Source: Chlorokybus atmophyticus | Lineage: Eukaryota; Plantae; Mesostigma and Chlorokybus algae | Reading direction: 5' to 3' | Assembly: GCA_009103225.1 (NCBI GenBank) | Contig: RHPI01002090.1 | Span: 1,721,932-1,785,931 of the forward strand | DNA length: 64,000 nucleotides | Shown here: positions 49,939 to 63,609 of the stretch, piece by piece | Layout of the letters: every line of letters starts with the position of its first letter | How positions within the stretch are numbered: position 1 is the stretch's first letter | Position numbers and translations under genes: made by a program | The notes under the pieces: model-generated | Databases searched by the model: none | What the model was told of the DNA's origin: nothing | Seen by the model: only the letters and a program-made list of their open reading frames with translations

Positions 49939-50490
49939 CGAGGAGCACAACAGGAGAACAAACAGGTACAGCCCTGTGTCTGCTGCGACCACTGCTTGGC
50001 CTCTATCGGGTGCCAACCTTCTGTCGCAGGTATACAAGCAAACCAAATACCAACCAGGAAACAAACTTCAGCAATGGTTGGGCCAAACGAATTGCTCCGA
50101 GCTTGGGACTGCTACATCTCTTTCACATTTTGCTACAGCTGCTGTGTACGTCTTGGCTACAGTCCTCTGGAATATGCGCCCACCCCTGCGCAGAAGACTG
50201 AGCTGTAAGTTAAGCAGCATTGGCGTCAGGCAGAGGTGAGGATATTCGCTGCTTGCTTGCCTGCGCGCTGTGACGCTTGAGGCAAGGAGAGTCTTGCTGC
50301 TCACATTGCATTGTTTCCAGCTTGTCAAGGCGTAGATGCAAGCTGCGGCGTGCTTTGGACAGGGTAGGATGCGTGCTGAGCCCAGGCCGCTTCATCTTCC
50401 CACCCAACTGGGCAGCAGCTTTGGCTGCAAGGAACGAGTTCAGTTAGCCTTTACATACAGTGTGTGTGCGCCCTCCTATGAGTGTGGTTG

Positions 50491-52935
50491 TCACGCACCA
50501 TGGGCGGCTACATCCGCTGCGTATTCACTCATCTCGAAGTTAGTCACTGCGTCACTGCCACTATATGCTATCGCTGCTCGATCATATGCTCTGCAGCCAT
50601 ACCATGGACATGAGTAGATGGTTGCAATGAGCCATCCTGCAAGACAATGCACAAAGACAAACCTTGCTGCATCGTCTTCTGAGTCAAATAACCCTAGGTA
50701 GATGTACCTGTTCCAATCAGCAGCATAAGAGGCAGTCAAAGAGAATGACCGACGTTCACTACTGCTAGACTTACTTTTTGCGCAAGTACTGCCCCATGCG
50801 GGCCTCCCAGCGGCCGCACTTGTGCTTTGTGACACCCCTGTACTTGGAGCTCCCACGCGCAAAACCCTTGCTCTGCCGGCGCAGCGCATGCACAAACTCG
50901 TCCTTGCTTTTCGTACTCATCTGCGTCCATGTCCACATCAAACTCAAGTACATCAAGGTTGCACTGATGCTGGACACCTTGGCGATAGACAATGAGCTAA
51001 CCTGTCTCATTCCCTCTTCATACTCACTGGCGGCGAAATTGGTGTCGGCATTGCTGCCCCGAAACTTGATTGCAGCCTTGTCATATGCCCTTAAGGACCA
51101 GTGCGCAGAGTGAGCACACCGCAACAGCTTGGCACATGAACAGCACAACTTGTAGTAGTCAATGGCCTAGTGTACGCAACGCTGCTCTAGCTGTCATACC
51201 TTGCAGCTGCCTCTTCGGTACCAAAACCTCCTGTCACAGCAAGCTCAGACAAAAAACCCCAAAACGGGAGTGGTACACAACACTATGCGGCTTTATCACA
51301 GTGACAGACCCAAACCCACATCTGGTTGGGAAAAACTGCAGCACAGAGCGGCACTGGCGCAGATAGCTCACCCAAGTAAACTTGCTTGCCACAGTCCCAT
51401 ATGTGTGCTTCCCAACGACCTGTGCGTCTGCAAGAACCCAGCAGTAAGCTTCGTCTGCCCGTGCAGCGGCTTGTGTCGCATCACTGTATAGCGTGTCTGG
51501 CTCTGCCATGCAAGCAGAACTGCAAACAGACACTACCTGTAAAATGTCACGCCGCGGTGTTGCGAGCTGCTGGAGCGGGGACCTCGACGCGGGCGAGCCT
51601 TCGTTGTGACTGCAGTTTGTTGCGCGTCATTGGCAGGTGGCTCGCATGATGCTACCTGCAGTGTGCTTGGGTCCGCAGCGACACCCTCAACCTTAGGGCC
51701 AGCATGTTGCGATCGCACTTCTTGAACCGTTGAGTGCACTAGAGCGTGCTCAGTAGCCACAGATGGGATGACCTGCATACGTAGAAACACAGGCAGAAAA
51801 GCAGAGTTGGTTGCAATGTGTCGGTTGACTGAGCATATGCGCGTGTTGGGAAAGGGATGGACTAGGAGTTCACCGCGGAGTCAGGTCTCAGGCGCTCAGG
51901 ACAAGACTTTGTCCCCGCAGGACCAACGCAAAATCAGCAGTAAATGTGCAAATGCAGGCACTGTGTCTGGCTGACTTACCTGCTCGTTATGTTGGCTGGC
52001 ACTAGCCACTGAAGCATTCCTGCGCGCTTTGGCGTTGCGCAGAGCGTTTGTGAAACCTTTGTTGCTGTCCAGCACAGAGCTGGTACCAGAGGTGTTGAGC
52101 TGCAGCATGCTGCCCATGCTGTCAACGAGTAACGTCGTCCACCCCGGCATGGTGGATGCTGCTCCACTTGTCACCACAACTGGAACAACTGGAACAGGAG
52201 CCTTGGTAGTACTTAGGCATACAGGTGGAGGCTGAGCTGCGTTGGTACACGCGCTGCTGATTTCTGGCCTGTTCAGCCTGAGCGAAAGACTGCAGCTGGG
52301 CAGCTGGTCGTTGCAAGCAGGGGAGGTCTGCACATGGGTTGCGAGCTCGCAGGGATAGTCACTGCTTCGGTCTGAGATCACTCTGCGTGACATAACAGTC
52401 GCTGAGACTGCTTTGGCTGTTACCCTTAGCAAAGTGATCCATTGCACACTCAGCAGCGTTACCTGACGCTCACAACGCGTGGGACGCAAGCAGTGGCAGC
52501 TGTTTTGTGCGTCTGCTGGACATGAGTGAAAAGTTGTTCAAGCCCATGTTGCAGTGCTGAAGCTGGGTGCAGACGCACTGGCTCAGCCAGCGTTTCATAC
52601 GCTGTCGGGCCACAGCTCGCCAGCCACATGCCTGCCTCCCCCCTTCACCCCAGCCGTCAATTGTGTACAAGAAGCAGCAGCACCACCCGCTGCTCTGCTG
52701 CGTCGAGCACAAGCCGGTGAGTAGAACACTTACCACACCAGCTAGCTACCAGCGCACAAGCATGCTTCCTAGCAGACTCCGCTAAAGAGAGAGAAAGGGA
52801 GCGAGTGCAGCTGCATTCTTTGCATGCCGGAGGCGGCAACAGTGGCTTAGCGCATCGAATTGTCTGCGCATGCAGCTCCTCAAATAAAATCAACAAAGCG
52901 CTGCGCTCGCTGCTGCTTCTTGCGCTGCAAGGCAT
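50491..52935 (-). CDS. AP2: Double-AP2-domain transcription factor, euAP2 (APETALA2-like) lineage
   Basis: RGVTFYR|[19 protein letters not shown]|[10 protein letters not shown]|[11 protein letters not shown]; linker [44 protein letters not shown]|[15 protein letters not shown]|[18 protein letters not shown]. Start ATG is inferred. Confidence 0.92.
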
Positions 52936-55149
52936 TCATAGCACCGCTCTGCTGTGACACCTTGGGCTGGGAGGCTGGATAATCGCTATCAGCCAGTGTT
53001 ATCCACGCACACGCATACATACACAGACGCACTCACTCACCCACTCTCCTAAAAAGTAAAAGCAGCATCATCAGCTCAAGCACACCCCATGATCAGCTTG
53101 AAGGCTCTCCTGACAAAGTACGGGCAGAATCCTCCTGCGGCGACAGCATTGCTTTGCGTTGCTGTTTTTTTTGGGGTGCCCTGCCACATTCACCCGCTCT
53201 CCGTTGACCGACCATTTCAGCCGCCCGGCGCGCCGTCGCCGTCGTCCTCGCAGACAGCTGGTGAGGAGCCAGCGCAAGCATCCACCCATCTACCTCGTGA
53301 ACAACGACAACGACTTGACAGCAGAATTGTGTGTATGCTGGAAGCGACACACGTGCACGCTGTCAAGTCGCTTGATGCTGTTCAGATGAAAAGCAGTCAG
53401 CGCGGGTCTCCAAATGACGTACATTCAACATAGTCTAGGCCTAGCTTTGAGAGATTGTTTAGCGACACACTATGATGATCAGTGACACTTTATCAACAAC
53501 AAAACGTACCTGGTTGTATAGTACGCATGGTTTCCTGTTGATTATTGTAAAGCTGGGTGATCTCACACTCCCATCAAGCTGAGCTCTACCTCCTCGCCCT
53601 ATGCATAGGCTACCGGTATGCTCCGGTGCTGCCACACACTGTCATATGTCTTTGACCAGAAGTGTCCCTGCGCTCCCGACACGGAATTGCAAGTCAATGC
53701 AGTGCTGCTGCTTGCTCAACAGTCGTCCAGCCAGGTAAGACAGACCATCATGCATGGTTGACGAAAACAGCAACGAATTGAGTGAAAAGATGACAAGACA
53801 GCACGGTGTCTGTCAGTGGCACACACTGCGGGTACTCTGAGAGCGGTTTTCTCGAGGTATGTAGCTAAAGGCCAGCAAAACTCCGCACTGGGATGCGTCG
53901 GCGGTTTTGCTGCGGGAGAATTACTTGAAGCTTACACGTGTTCGTGCGCTTTGTCTTGTCCAACGGGGCATCCGTAAACGCTTCACTAACAGCTGAATCA
54001 CTCTGTGTAGATGCGCCTATGCATGTATGTGCAAGCACTGCACAGTAACTCAGGCGAGGCGGCGATTCTAAGAAAGAGAGAGACGAGTCCGCGCCAACCA
54101 GCCCGACTCGGCTTGGGAAGAGGGACCTCACCTTTCCCGGACCCGCCTAGGTCCAGCAGTCTGCGTCGACGTGCTCACTGCAGAGGCGGGCTGTCACAGA
54201 TGGAAGCTCGTAACAGCACCGTCTGGGAGCGGGCACTGTGACTACCAACGAGGCATGCAGCACGCGCAGAGCTCACAGTCAAGCCACTGCTGAGTCATAC
54301 GCACATGCAACCATGTGTGCTCATCTTGGTTGGGTGCAATCCTTGGCAAAGAGAAGGATCTACTCTGGGCAAGGGAGCAAATTCTGCACGAGGGCCTATT
54401 GCTTGCTGCCCATCTGCAGTCTGCACCGTTGTACATGTACTAATTACATTGTATACAGTGTCTACCATGTAGTGGACACGCAGCACACTGACACCACCGA
54501 GGGTCTCGCTGCAAGGGTTGAGTTGCGGGCAACCATGCGCACATGCTTGCAGTCGTGTCCTGTGCTGCTCATGAACCAGCAACGCATCATAAGGTATAGT
54601 AATGGGTGCACACTATGCCCTGCGTAGGCATAGACAAGCAACATGGCACATGCAGTCAATGGCTTGGTGCCGTGCACCATGTGCCATGTTGCCATCCCAG
54701 AAAAAGGGAGTGGCGAGACAATTGTAGAAATGTGGCTGAATGCACAATCGACCTGAGGACTGGACCCGTTCACATGTGTGAGACTGGGAGGCTCCTCCCC
54801 CCTGAGACGTGCGTGGTGTGTGTGTGTGGGGTGGGGGGGGTGGGGGGAAGGGGGGACGGGGCGGGGATCACGCACTGGCTAGTTTTCATTGCGTATGCAA
54901 CCAACTGTGTGCAGTACAAAGCGCATACAGGCTGATATCATGTAAAGTGTTACTTACAAAGACGCCTGCCTGAGATAATGTTGACTGCACTTAACTGCCA
55001 CTGCAAACCACATCAGCGCACGCCTCCCACCTTGATGACAGCATGCTGCGCAACGTGTATGATAAGCAATAACAGCAACTGCAGCTAGACCATGACAAAC
55101 ATGGCAGCAAACTTGACTGACAATCCCATGACAACTATTACAGTTATGC

Positions 55150-57667
55150 TCAATGTTGGCTGCCCTGTGCACGTTTGGCAGCTTCCCCCTGCGCTAGCAA
55201 AGCATCTACCTCGCCCTTGGTATTGTACATGTCCACAAGCTTCTTGGCATACGACGGCACGTGCTGATCAGCACGCTGCTTGCCCCAAGTCCGCATAACA
55301 TACAGGTAGTTGCGAATAGTGTGGTAATCTAGCGAGTATCGCCCGAACTCCAATCCTTTTGGTCCAATCTTCTCCAAGACCCATGCCAGTAGCTTGCCGA
55401 CAAAGCGTGGTGCAGGCTTTGTTTTCTGCACCCCTAGCGTGGCGCGGTCATCGCTCTTTACCGTCTCCATCACAAATGCTGTGCGGCTGCCGGTGCTCAC
55501 CGTTGGCGTGATCTCTAGCTGATCGCGCACCAGGTCCAGCATCTCCCTGCCTTTGCTGTTGCGTACGGTGATGTATTGCGGATGATTCGACATGGACACG
55601 CCAGGCGTCTTTGGCACCCCCATGTAGCCAACAACAAGGTCGGCTAAGCCATTGGTGTAGTCAAAGCAGGTGTAACATGATGGAGCGATCACGTCTTTCA
55701 AATCGTCTGCCGGGAGACAGAAGTATGGAACCTCCTCAGTGCGGCCATCCAAGTGTTTAAGATGCACCTGTCATTGCGCTGTACACATGAGGCATGATAC
55801 AATCACCCAGTAATGATGCAAGTCAATTGCACATGTTGGCTTTCACGCACACACAGCGACTATGACAACTGGCACCTGATAGTCTTGCATGAACTCGTAG
55901 TGAAGCACAGTGGAAGGGTCATCACTGGCTGCGTTCAAAAACTTCTCCAGACCTTCGCGTGGCCCATTGTCAACGCAATTTGTACCCAACACATACAACT
56001 TTTCCAAGTTCAAGTGTTTCTCAACAGCTCGCAATGCCTGAACCTGTGGAGAGTCAAGTACTGAATAATGCAGGGCAGACAGCACATGCTGCAACGTGTT
56101 CGTTGCAACGGGACATGTCAACTTGCACCCAAGATGGGCTTTCGCCGTTACCTGGCACCCAACTCCACAGAACAAAAGCCTCTTCACGCCTGCGGCCTCG
56201 ACAAGTGCCAGCGTATTGAGGTTTGGAGACAGTGATGGCTTCACTCCGCGTGCCGCAACGACTTCCTCGGGCGTCCTGAATCGCAAAAAGAGTGTAGTGC
56301 ATGCCAGACTAGCAAGACTGATGTTTGACTATGGCCAGCTATTGTCAGTTTGCATACACCAATGCATGCTGTTAAGCTTTTACCTTGCGAGGACAGGATA
56401 AGGTTTGAGTCTGTCATTGGGGTCACTACGCAAGAACGGAACATTAGACGAGGGAGTTGCATAGTTAAACAAAGCAACACAACTCACCTCTGTACACAAA
56501 TGACGGCATCAACACGGCCCGACTTCAACATCTCCACTGCAATTGAGGTTACAACACCAGTCCACTGAGCTCCTGCAATGACAGACGCCACTTGTTACAA
56601 TGTTGCTACTCAGCATGGCGCGCTGATAGCTGTCGGTAGCAGCCCAATCAAAACATGCAGGAGCACCCCCGCCAGCATGTCGCGCCCCATTCCAACAGCC
56701 TCGTTGCGATACCCGGCACTGGTGGTACCCGCTTGGCATACATCATCTCCTCGTGGACACCAAAGTGCGTGTCGTCCATCGACAACGGGTCGCGCCCTCG
56801 TCCATGAACAGCAGGCTCCAGTTGCTGCGCTGACACAATGGTGAGAACTGGCAGACAAGAACGCTAGGCAGAAGAGGCACGACATCGGACAGGCTACCTA
56901 CCTCAACACGAGACATGCCATCGTTAAGAAAGGCGCAAGCGCTCTTCACGTGGGCGACATAGTAAGTGTCACAGAGACCGCAGTGGCTGCAGATCATCCC
57001 CACATGTCGGTGTCGCAGTTGTCGGCAATGCTTGCAGCAGAGGCGTTTGCCAAGCAGGCGGACAACATGCTAAGTATGTAGCAGCACTGCTGTCCCCGCT
57101 CACCTGCAGTGTTCTTTCGCAGGATAGGTGCTTCCCGGCTTGATGGGTTTTGCCTTCGTTCGCCAATCGTCAGCCTTGCTGCTCTCCCGCGTAGCCACGC
57201 AGCCTGCAGCTCACAGTTGCTGCACTGCGTTAGGTAACAGGCTTCCAACAACTTTGCAGCGTCAGACAGGGACGATGGCAATGCGAAGCACAGTCGAACA
57301 CTTGAACAATTCTGTTCATTAAACTACGCCTATTCAAAGCACGTGCGCACACGCCCATCAACGTTTGCAACTGAAACTGCAAACAGCAACAGTGCAGAAG
57401 AGGCTTGACCGCTGCATGCAGTGAAATGAGACGCTTAACCACTGTGTGCACAGCATAACGTGGCAATAATGACGTCCCCTAGCAAAAACGCCAAACTGGC
57501 TTACACGTTTGAAGCGGGAGTGCTGTGCGCTTGGGCCCCGGCAAACCGCAATTCCTGCGGCTCTCAAGCGCAGATCCAGGCCGTCTCCTGTTAAGCCGAA
57601 GTGCAGCTGAGTCAATGCATGATGTCGAGCACGACACGGACGGTGCCACCGGCGCCGTCGCCGCCAT
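55150..57667 (-). CDS. HCAR: 7-hydroxymethyl chlorophyll a reductase, chloroplastic
   Basis: Transit peptide MAATAPVAPS...; DWRTKAKPIKPGSTYPAKEHCS|HCGLCDTYYVAHVK; LFCGVGCQ; LYVLGTNCVDNG; HYEFMQDY; EVPYFCLPADDLKDVIAPSCYTCFDYTNGLADLVVGYMG. Confidence 0.95.
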
Positions 57668-57803
57668 CGCTGACGACAACACTGAACCAAAGGCCGTCTA
57701 CCACAGTGATCACTTCAGTCCACAAGTTCAGTGAACGTGTTGATCCAGGTGAGCATGCTGGCAAGCCCTAACCTGCCTGTGTGAGCATGACTTTGTCATC
57801 GTC
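57668..57803. promoter_or_regulatory. Probable bidirectional promoter between HCAR and the CAAX protease gene
   Basis: The inferred start codons diverge only 136 bp apart. Confidence 0.55.
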
Positions 57804-59658
57804 ATGGAGTCCGCGGCGGCGGCGGCGGCCGCGGTGGGGTCGGTGGGGTCTGCGGGGCTGGCATGGGGACGTGGAAGCCAAGAGGCTCCTTGCCATAGTG
57901 GGCGAGTAAGCTTTGCCGCCGCATTGCTGCCCCTGCGCTGCTCCAGGGTGCGGTTGGGCTCGAGGCGAAAGCGGCGGACAGCGGCGCTTGCTGCTAGCGC
58001 CATGCTCATGACGTCCTGCATGATGAGCCATGACGACCGACAGCTGTTCCTGGGTGCATTGCGAACCCCTGGAGCTGTCAACCGGAGAGGAAGGAAAAAC
58101 GTGGGTTTGGTCAGTCGTCGTGGGTGCTTGTCCCAGTGCTTGCAATCAGAATAAACTCGTGTTCGATGCATGCATTACACAGAAGCTTATATACTCGCAG
58201 TAATTAGCAGCGTCATCAGAAGATATGTTTAAATTATGTCGTGTGTATTGGGTTGTTGGCAGTGGGTAGGTGCAGCGTCATTGAAGTGCTGTGTTAAGCG
58301 TCCCGTCTGTACGGCGACTTGTGTACCTCTGGCCTGCATGCCAGCTATGACGAGTAGCATAGCTGGCACGCAGTGCAAATACCAACCTGAGTCGCGGTGT
58401 AGATATGACTCTGGGCCTGTCCCATAGTGAAACACCCAATGCACATTGTGTCAGGCGCGTAGCCAACCTTGGGCTTTGTGTTGAATGCAGACGAAGTCGG
58501 TCGCACCCTACTGTTGCAGCCAGTCAGGTTCCTCTAGTGGGGACTTGGGGGAAGCTCGCAGTCATGACGGTAACGCAGCTGACAGGGTGAGGGACGAGGC
58601 GTCAACTCCTGGTTGTGAGCCCGAAATAACCAGTGCGCCAGGGACAGCTGTGCACCCCAAACAACGTTTCTCATGGTGGCCAACCAGTTTCATGTCCTCT
58701 AAGGTGAGTTGTGCGTTGTGCATACACAGTTTCAAGTCGTTGAAACATAACCGTGCATTGAATCAACTACCAACCACAGCATGATAGTTGGTGGCGAAGA
58801 CTCTGCGGGTTTAAGCCAGGGGAGGAGCTGTGGTCTGTGCCCTGGACGCTTGGGACAGTTACCCAGGTACGTGGGTAGGTGCTACAGTCTCAGCTAGGCA
58901 CCCTTGCACTTTGGATGTTGCGCTGTGGGTGTTGTTCAGCGTATCTATGTGAATAATCCAAATTCGACCTGACCTGGCAGGTCATGTTTCTATGGTTGAT
59001 GGCCTTTTGGATGCTGGGGTCCTTCGTGATTCCCAGCGTTGCTCGACGGGTGGGGTTGGTTCCGGAGAGGCTAACATATCGCGGGCAAGCATGGTACCAT
59101 CTGCTAACAGATGTGGTGGAGATGGCCGCTGGGCTAGGCATCCTTTACCGCTGCTTAGCCCCGTTCCGACCCTTTCCTTCCGGGCAGTGGTTCCCGTTCA
59201 AGCTGCAGGGCCGTTGGTTTATTGACGTTCTTGTCGCCTGCATGGCGTTCCCCATTGTCAACACATTGGCTTTCATCAACCAAGAACTCCTTCCCATTCC
59301 TGGCGGAGGCTTGTTGATGACGTCTCCACTGGAAGAGTCTCTGGGTGCCAAGGACCCCATTGCAAACTTGGTGTTCGTGGTTGTTGTCGCCTTCTGCGCT
59401 CCAGCGTGGGAAGAAATCATTTTCCGAGGGTTCCTGCTACCTTCTCTCACGCGGTATATACCGCTCGGGGCCGCATTGGCAGTCAGCGCTGGGGCATTCG
59501 CGATCGCGCACTTCAGCCTTCAGAGGCTGCTACCGCTGTGGTTTCTTGGCATGGTGATGGGCATTGTGTTCATGAGGACGCGCAATTTGCTTGCCTCCAT
59601 GGTGTTGCACAGCCTCTGGAACTGCTATGTGTTCTGGGAGCTTCTGAATGGGTATTAG
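57804..59658 (+). CDS. CPBP/Abi-family (CAAX amino-terminal protease) membrane protein, probably plastid-targeted
   Basis: A/S/R-rich N-terminus; WSVPWTLGTVTQ|VMFLW; APAWEEIIFRGFLLPSL; FAIAH; HSLWN motifs. Confidence 0.9.
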
Positions 59659-60304
59659 ACTAGTACGCCACTAACCTCTGTACACTTCATTATTGCCCAT
59701 TGGTCAGTGTCTGGCCTAGTGAAGCTGCTGGTGTTGCTACTGGCGTTGCCATTGGCATGGGCACCTGCGGTGATTGGCTTGCACTACTCTTATGTCGTGG
59801 TGTGCTTGATACATTACATATGTAAAGGTATTCTTAGAATATCGCGGCTCTGGTGTGCCCCACCCAGTCACAATGACTGACGAGTTGTGGGGTGAGCTGG
59901 TATGGGTGTACCAGGAAAGCACAATAACTTCGCATGTTTGTTAACATCCCTCCGTGACAATGCTGAAACCCAGTGAATGCATGGACATAGCGCACATTAC
60001 AGTGTGCATGCATCTCAAAGACCATACCAAGACTGTACTGACGCCCAGCACGAGAAAAAGCACAAGCACAGTTCACAAGTAGACCACTCCCTTCCGCATT
60101 CACTGCACAACTGGGCAAGCACATGCTGTAGTGCACTACAGTAGTACAGCAATAGCAGGTGTGCTGACGGAGCAATGCCAGCACCTGAGAACCACATCTA
60201 CAATGATGCATCAACTGCGCGTTGATCAACTCAACCAAACGTCCAACCCTACTCCCTGATGGTTGCAAGACACCTCTACATATTGCTGGCAAGCAACACT
60301 GCCA

Positions 60305-63187
60305 TCACCAGTTGCTGATTTGCATTGTGACTGTTTTCTCTCGTTGATGGTAGCCAGTATGCAACAAGAGTTTGGCTTGCTCGCTGCCGACACCGCCAAG
60401 CCAGTCCGCATACAACTTCTGAACCATCGGATTGGTCTCAGGAGCCCGGATGGCAACCTGTAACGTTGCAATCACACATCCACACATGTAAGGCAGAGGT
60501 TAACTTACAAGAGCATAACCATGGGCTCACATAGGTAAGTAGCTGAATGTACCTGATCAAGGTAAGTCTTTTCCAACCGGTCTATCAGCTGGCGACCTGT
60601 TTCGCCTTTGCGGGGTTTGATTTGCCCGCCACCATTGAGACAACCTGCACATAGGTTGCTTACCAATGCTCATGCACTGGTGAAGCGAGCGATGACAAGT
60701 GCTGTTATGCCACAATTCAGCAATACCTGAGGGACATGCCATGATCTCCACAAAGTGATAGTCACTTCTGGATGTCTTGAGCTTTCGAACAAGGTTCTGT
60801 ATGTTTCGAAAGCCATAAGCCAGAGCAAAGCGAAGAAGAACTTGCCCGTTTTCCTGAGACACCAAAGCCATTTCAACGCCATGGAGTGTCATAGGCAAAT
60901 GGCCTTAATCCACAGCATCCAGTGCGTGCATGCACTTGATGCAACATGAGTTGTTCATCAAAGCTTTTTGTAACGCCAAAGAGACTTGCCTCAAGCACAA
61001 CTTCCTGGAAGTCGACATTTCTGATAACCCTCATTGGCAGCGGGCCGGCTATCTGCTTCCCAAAGAGGTGTTGTGCTGCATACCGGAAAACAACCTCCAG
61101 GTAGCCTCCTGACCCGCCAGGAACGCCAAACAGCTGCCCGCTCTCATCTACATTTGAGAACCTGTGCACAATACGGACATGTAAACTGGCAGGTTGTTGA
61201 GCGGAGAAAGCGCTTGCGCGCCGAGCTCAAGCCTCAGCGAGATCGGACTTGCATGGTGTCAAGTGGCGATTCCTCATATTCAGCAAGATCAACTCCTCTG
61301 CTCTGTACACAACCATACTCAGCACACAGCCACGATGCGACCCAGGAAACGCGAGATACCAGCACACATTAGTCCAAAGTTCAGCACACACAGCGCGCAC
61401 AGGCAATGTAGGGTGTGTACCTCAAGCAATTCCAGTATCTCGCCTGATGTCAGCACACAGTCGACTTCTGGAACTTCATGTGCATCATCGCTACCAGGCA
61501 GAAGGAAATCGTCTCTGGAGGCCTCCAGCTTCTTGTCGTAGCAAGGCATTACCGCCACGTGATACACATTCCCGGGCCTACAAGGACATAGCACTAGTAT
61601 TGAGCAAACAAGTGAAGGCCAATGTCATGTCAGCATTGGGTGAAAAAGGCAACAAACCTGAGGCCCAGCTGTTGCGACGCATATCCCTTGATGACTGTGC
61701 CCATGACTTGTTGCGGGCTCTTGGTGGTGCTGATGTATGGCAATATGTACTGACCATGAGTCTTTTCGGCATAGCAGATCCAACCTGCACGCAACAAAGC
61801 AAGCTCAAGACAATGAAACAATTGCACTGGAGATGCAAGTTGCACTGCATCATTGTCGCATGCAGCGAAGTGAGCGTTCTACTGGTGTGTTGTGGCACAT
61901 CAACAAGTTCTACCTGGGCACGCAGAAGTCAACATTGGAAGGCGTCCAGAGGTACTGGCCTCCTGACTCTGCTTGTACCGCTCCACAAACTCTGCACAAC
62001 TCTCCAGCAATGATACATCACGGCTGCAGCTTGTATCATACACTGCCCTAACACCCAAGGACTTCAGAAACTCTGTCAGCCTCTTGAAAGCCTGTGCCAT
62101 CGAATTTCAGCCGGCAATAGTATCACACCTACAGAGCATGTTTATGTTGGCAAGTGCCTACCTTGTCGTACCTGCAAAGGGGTGATAGAAAAGTACGTGG
62201 CAAGGGACGCCCTTGACTGCGGGGACAAAGACACCACGACTTGGCGATCGCCTTTTGCCAACTGCTCAAGAAACTCGCCCGTGCTCTGCTGCTCCAGCAT
62301 AACAGTCTCTGCTGACGTGATGCATCCACTGCCACATCACATCAGCGTCATGGCCTATACGTAAACTTCCTTCAAGCTATACTTCAACGTGTGTGGATGC
62401 CATTGGAACCTTTCAATACCCAAGATTACATCATACCTGCAGGCGAGACAGTCGTGCAGCGAGACCTTCACTGGTTGGTCTGGGGGTGCGGCCTTTGTTT
62501 GGGAGAATGTCTTTGCGTGTATGTGCACCAAACCCTGCGACCAATGTCGGTTTAGCACTCATCCACAAACGCCAGCCATGAACTCATGGTTCTAGCAGGC
62601 CCGACGCGTTTTGTTGACAAGATCAGATTTTACATAATATGACGCAGCGACAATGCAGGCAGCGCCATCAAGTGCACGTGCTCAAGCTAGGTGGTATCTG
62701 CACTCCAGCTTGTTTTATGACTGACACGTGATGCAACTTACAATAGCAGATGCACTCATGTTCCCTGTTTATCCTAAACCCCAATCAGGAACGAACGACA
62801 ACCCTACGCTAGAGTGCTAGAGGCCATGCAACCAGCCTCAAGTGTGCTCAGCACACATGCATGTGCATGCAAGCTTCAATACATAAATTTACCGCACCAC
62901 GAGTTGCTGAGTTGAGCTAGCTGTCTGGCAAGCTAACGAAAGCGATCAAATCAAGTACCGCGTCTGTGTGCACTTACAGCTACAGACGTAATCAATGACA
63001 AACAGACGGAAAAACTTGCATGCAATACCTGCTGACGTTGCGACGCTCTGTCGTCAAAACCCAAGTCGTCCTCTGACTGCAGCTTCGCCTTCTTGTTGCC
63101 GCCCAACGACACGACGCACGCCTGGGATGGCGCGATGAAGTCGTTCAGGTCCGCGACCCGGACAGCGCTGGAAAAGCGCTCCGCCAT
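60305..63187 (-). CDS. NAR1: Cytosolic Fe-S cluster assembly factor NAR1/CIAO3 (Fe-hydrogenase-like), multi-exon
   Basis: [14 protein letters not shown]; [11 protein letters not shown]; PMLTSACPG; YAEKTHG...[12 protein letters not shown]; [17 protein letters not shown]; GGSGGYLE; [14 protein letters not shown]; [10 protein letters not shown]; LLHTGYH. Confidence 0.95.
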
Positions 63188-63577
63188 GCTGCCTGCTATC
63201 CCCTCCCACCAAATCCTGGAACTCTGAGCAAAATCCCTTGCGCCGCTGCTTCTCACAACTACTACTTCTCACGCCTGCCGCGCTCACCTTGCCACAGTCA
63301 ATCCCAGCAACAGCCTGTGCAGGACAGTAACAATCCTTGCACAGCGCTTGTTTGTCGGAGCGAGCTCTCAGCTCTAACCCTTCAAGGTTCAAACTTTTAG
63401 GGCTTAGAGCTTGGCCTGGCCTAGCAAGCGGCTTCTAAGAAAGCAGCCAGCAACTTTCCAGACACCTGCGTTGCGCCCCCGACTTGTTAGGCGCAGACGA
63501 GTCCCAACACCCGTCACTCTTGCAAAGCACTTGCTGCACACCACCAGCGACCAGGACCAACTGCTAACGGCGCCCAC

Positions 63578-63609
<32 letters not shown>

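Noticed and set aside
53064-53076. GCAGCATCATCAG, a 13-nt match to the miR172 target site, near the AP2 gene
   Set aside because: It is on the wrong strand and upstream of the CDS, and it lacks the seed-pairing GATTC part. Chance match.
53722-53742. CTTACCTGG on the minus strand resembling the U1 snRNA 5' end
   Set aside because: It is simply the reverse complement of a splice donor. No U1 stem-loops or Sm site are visible.
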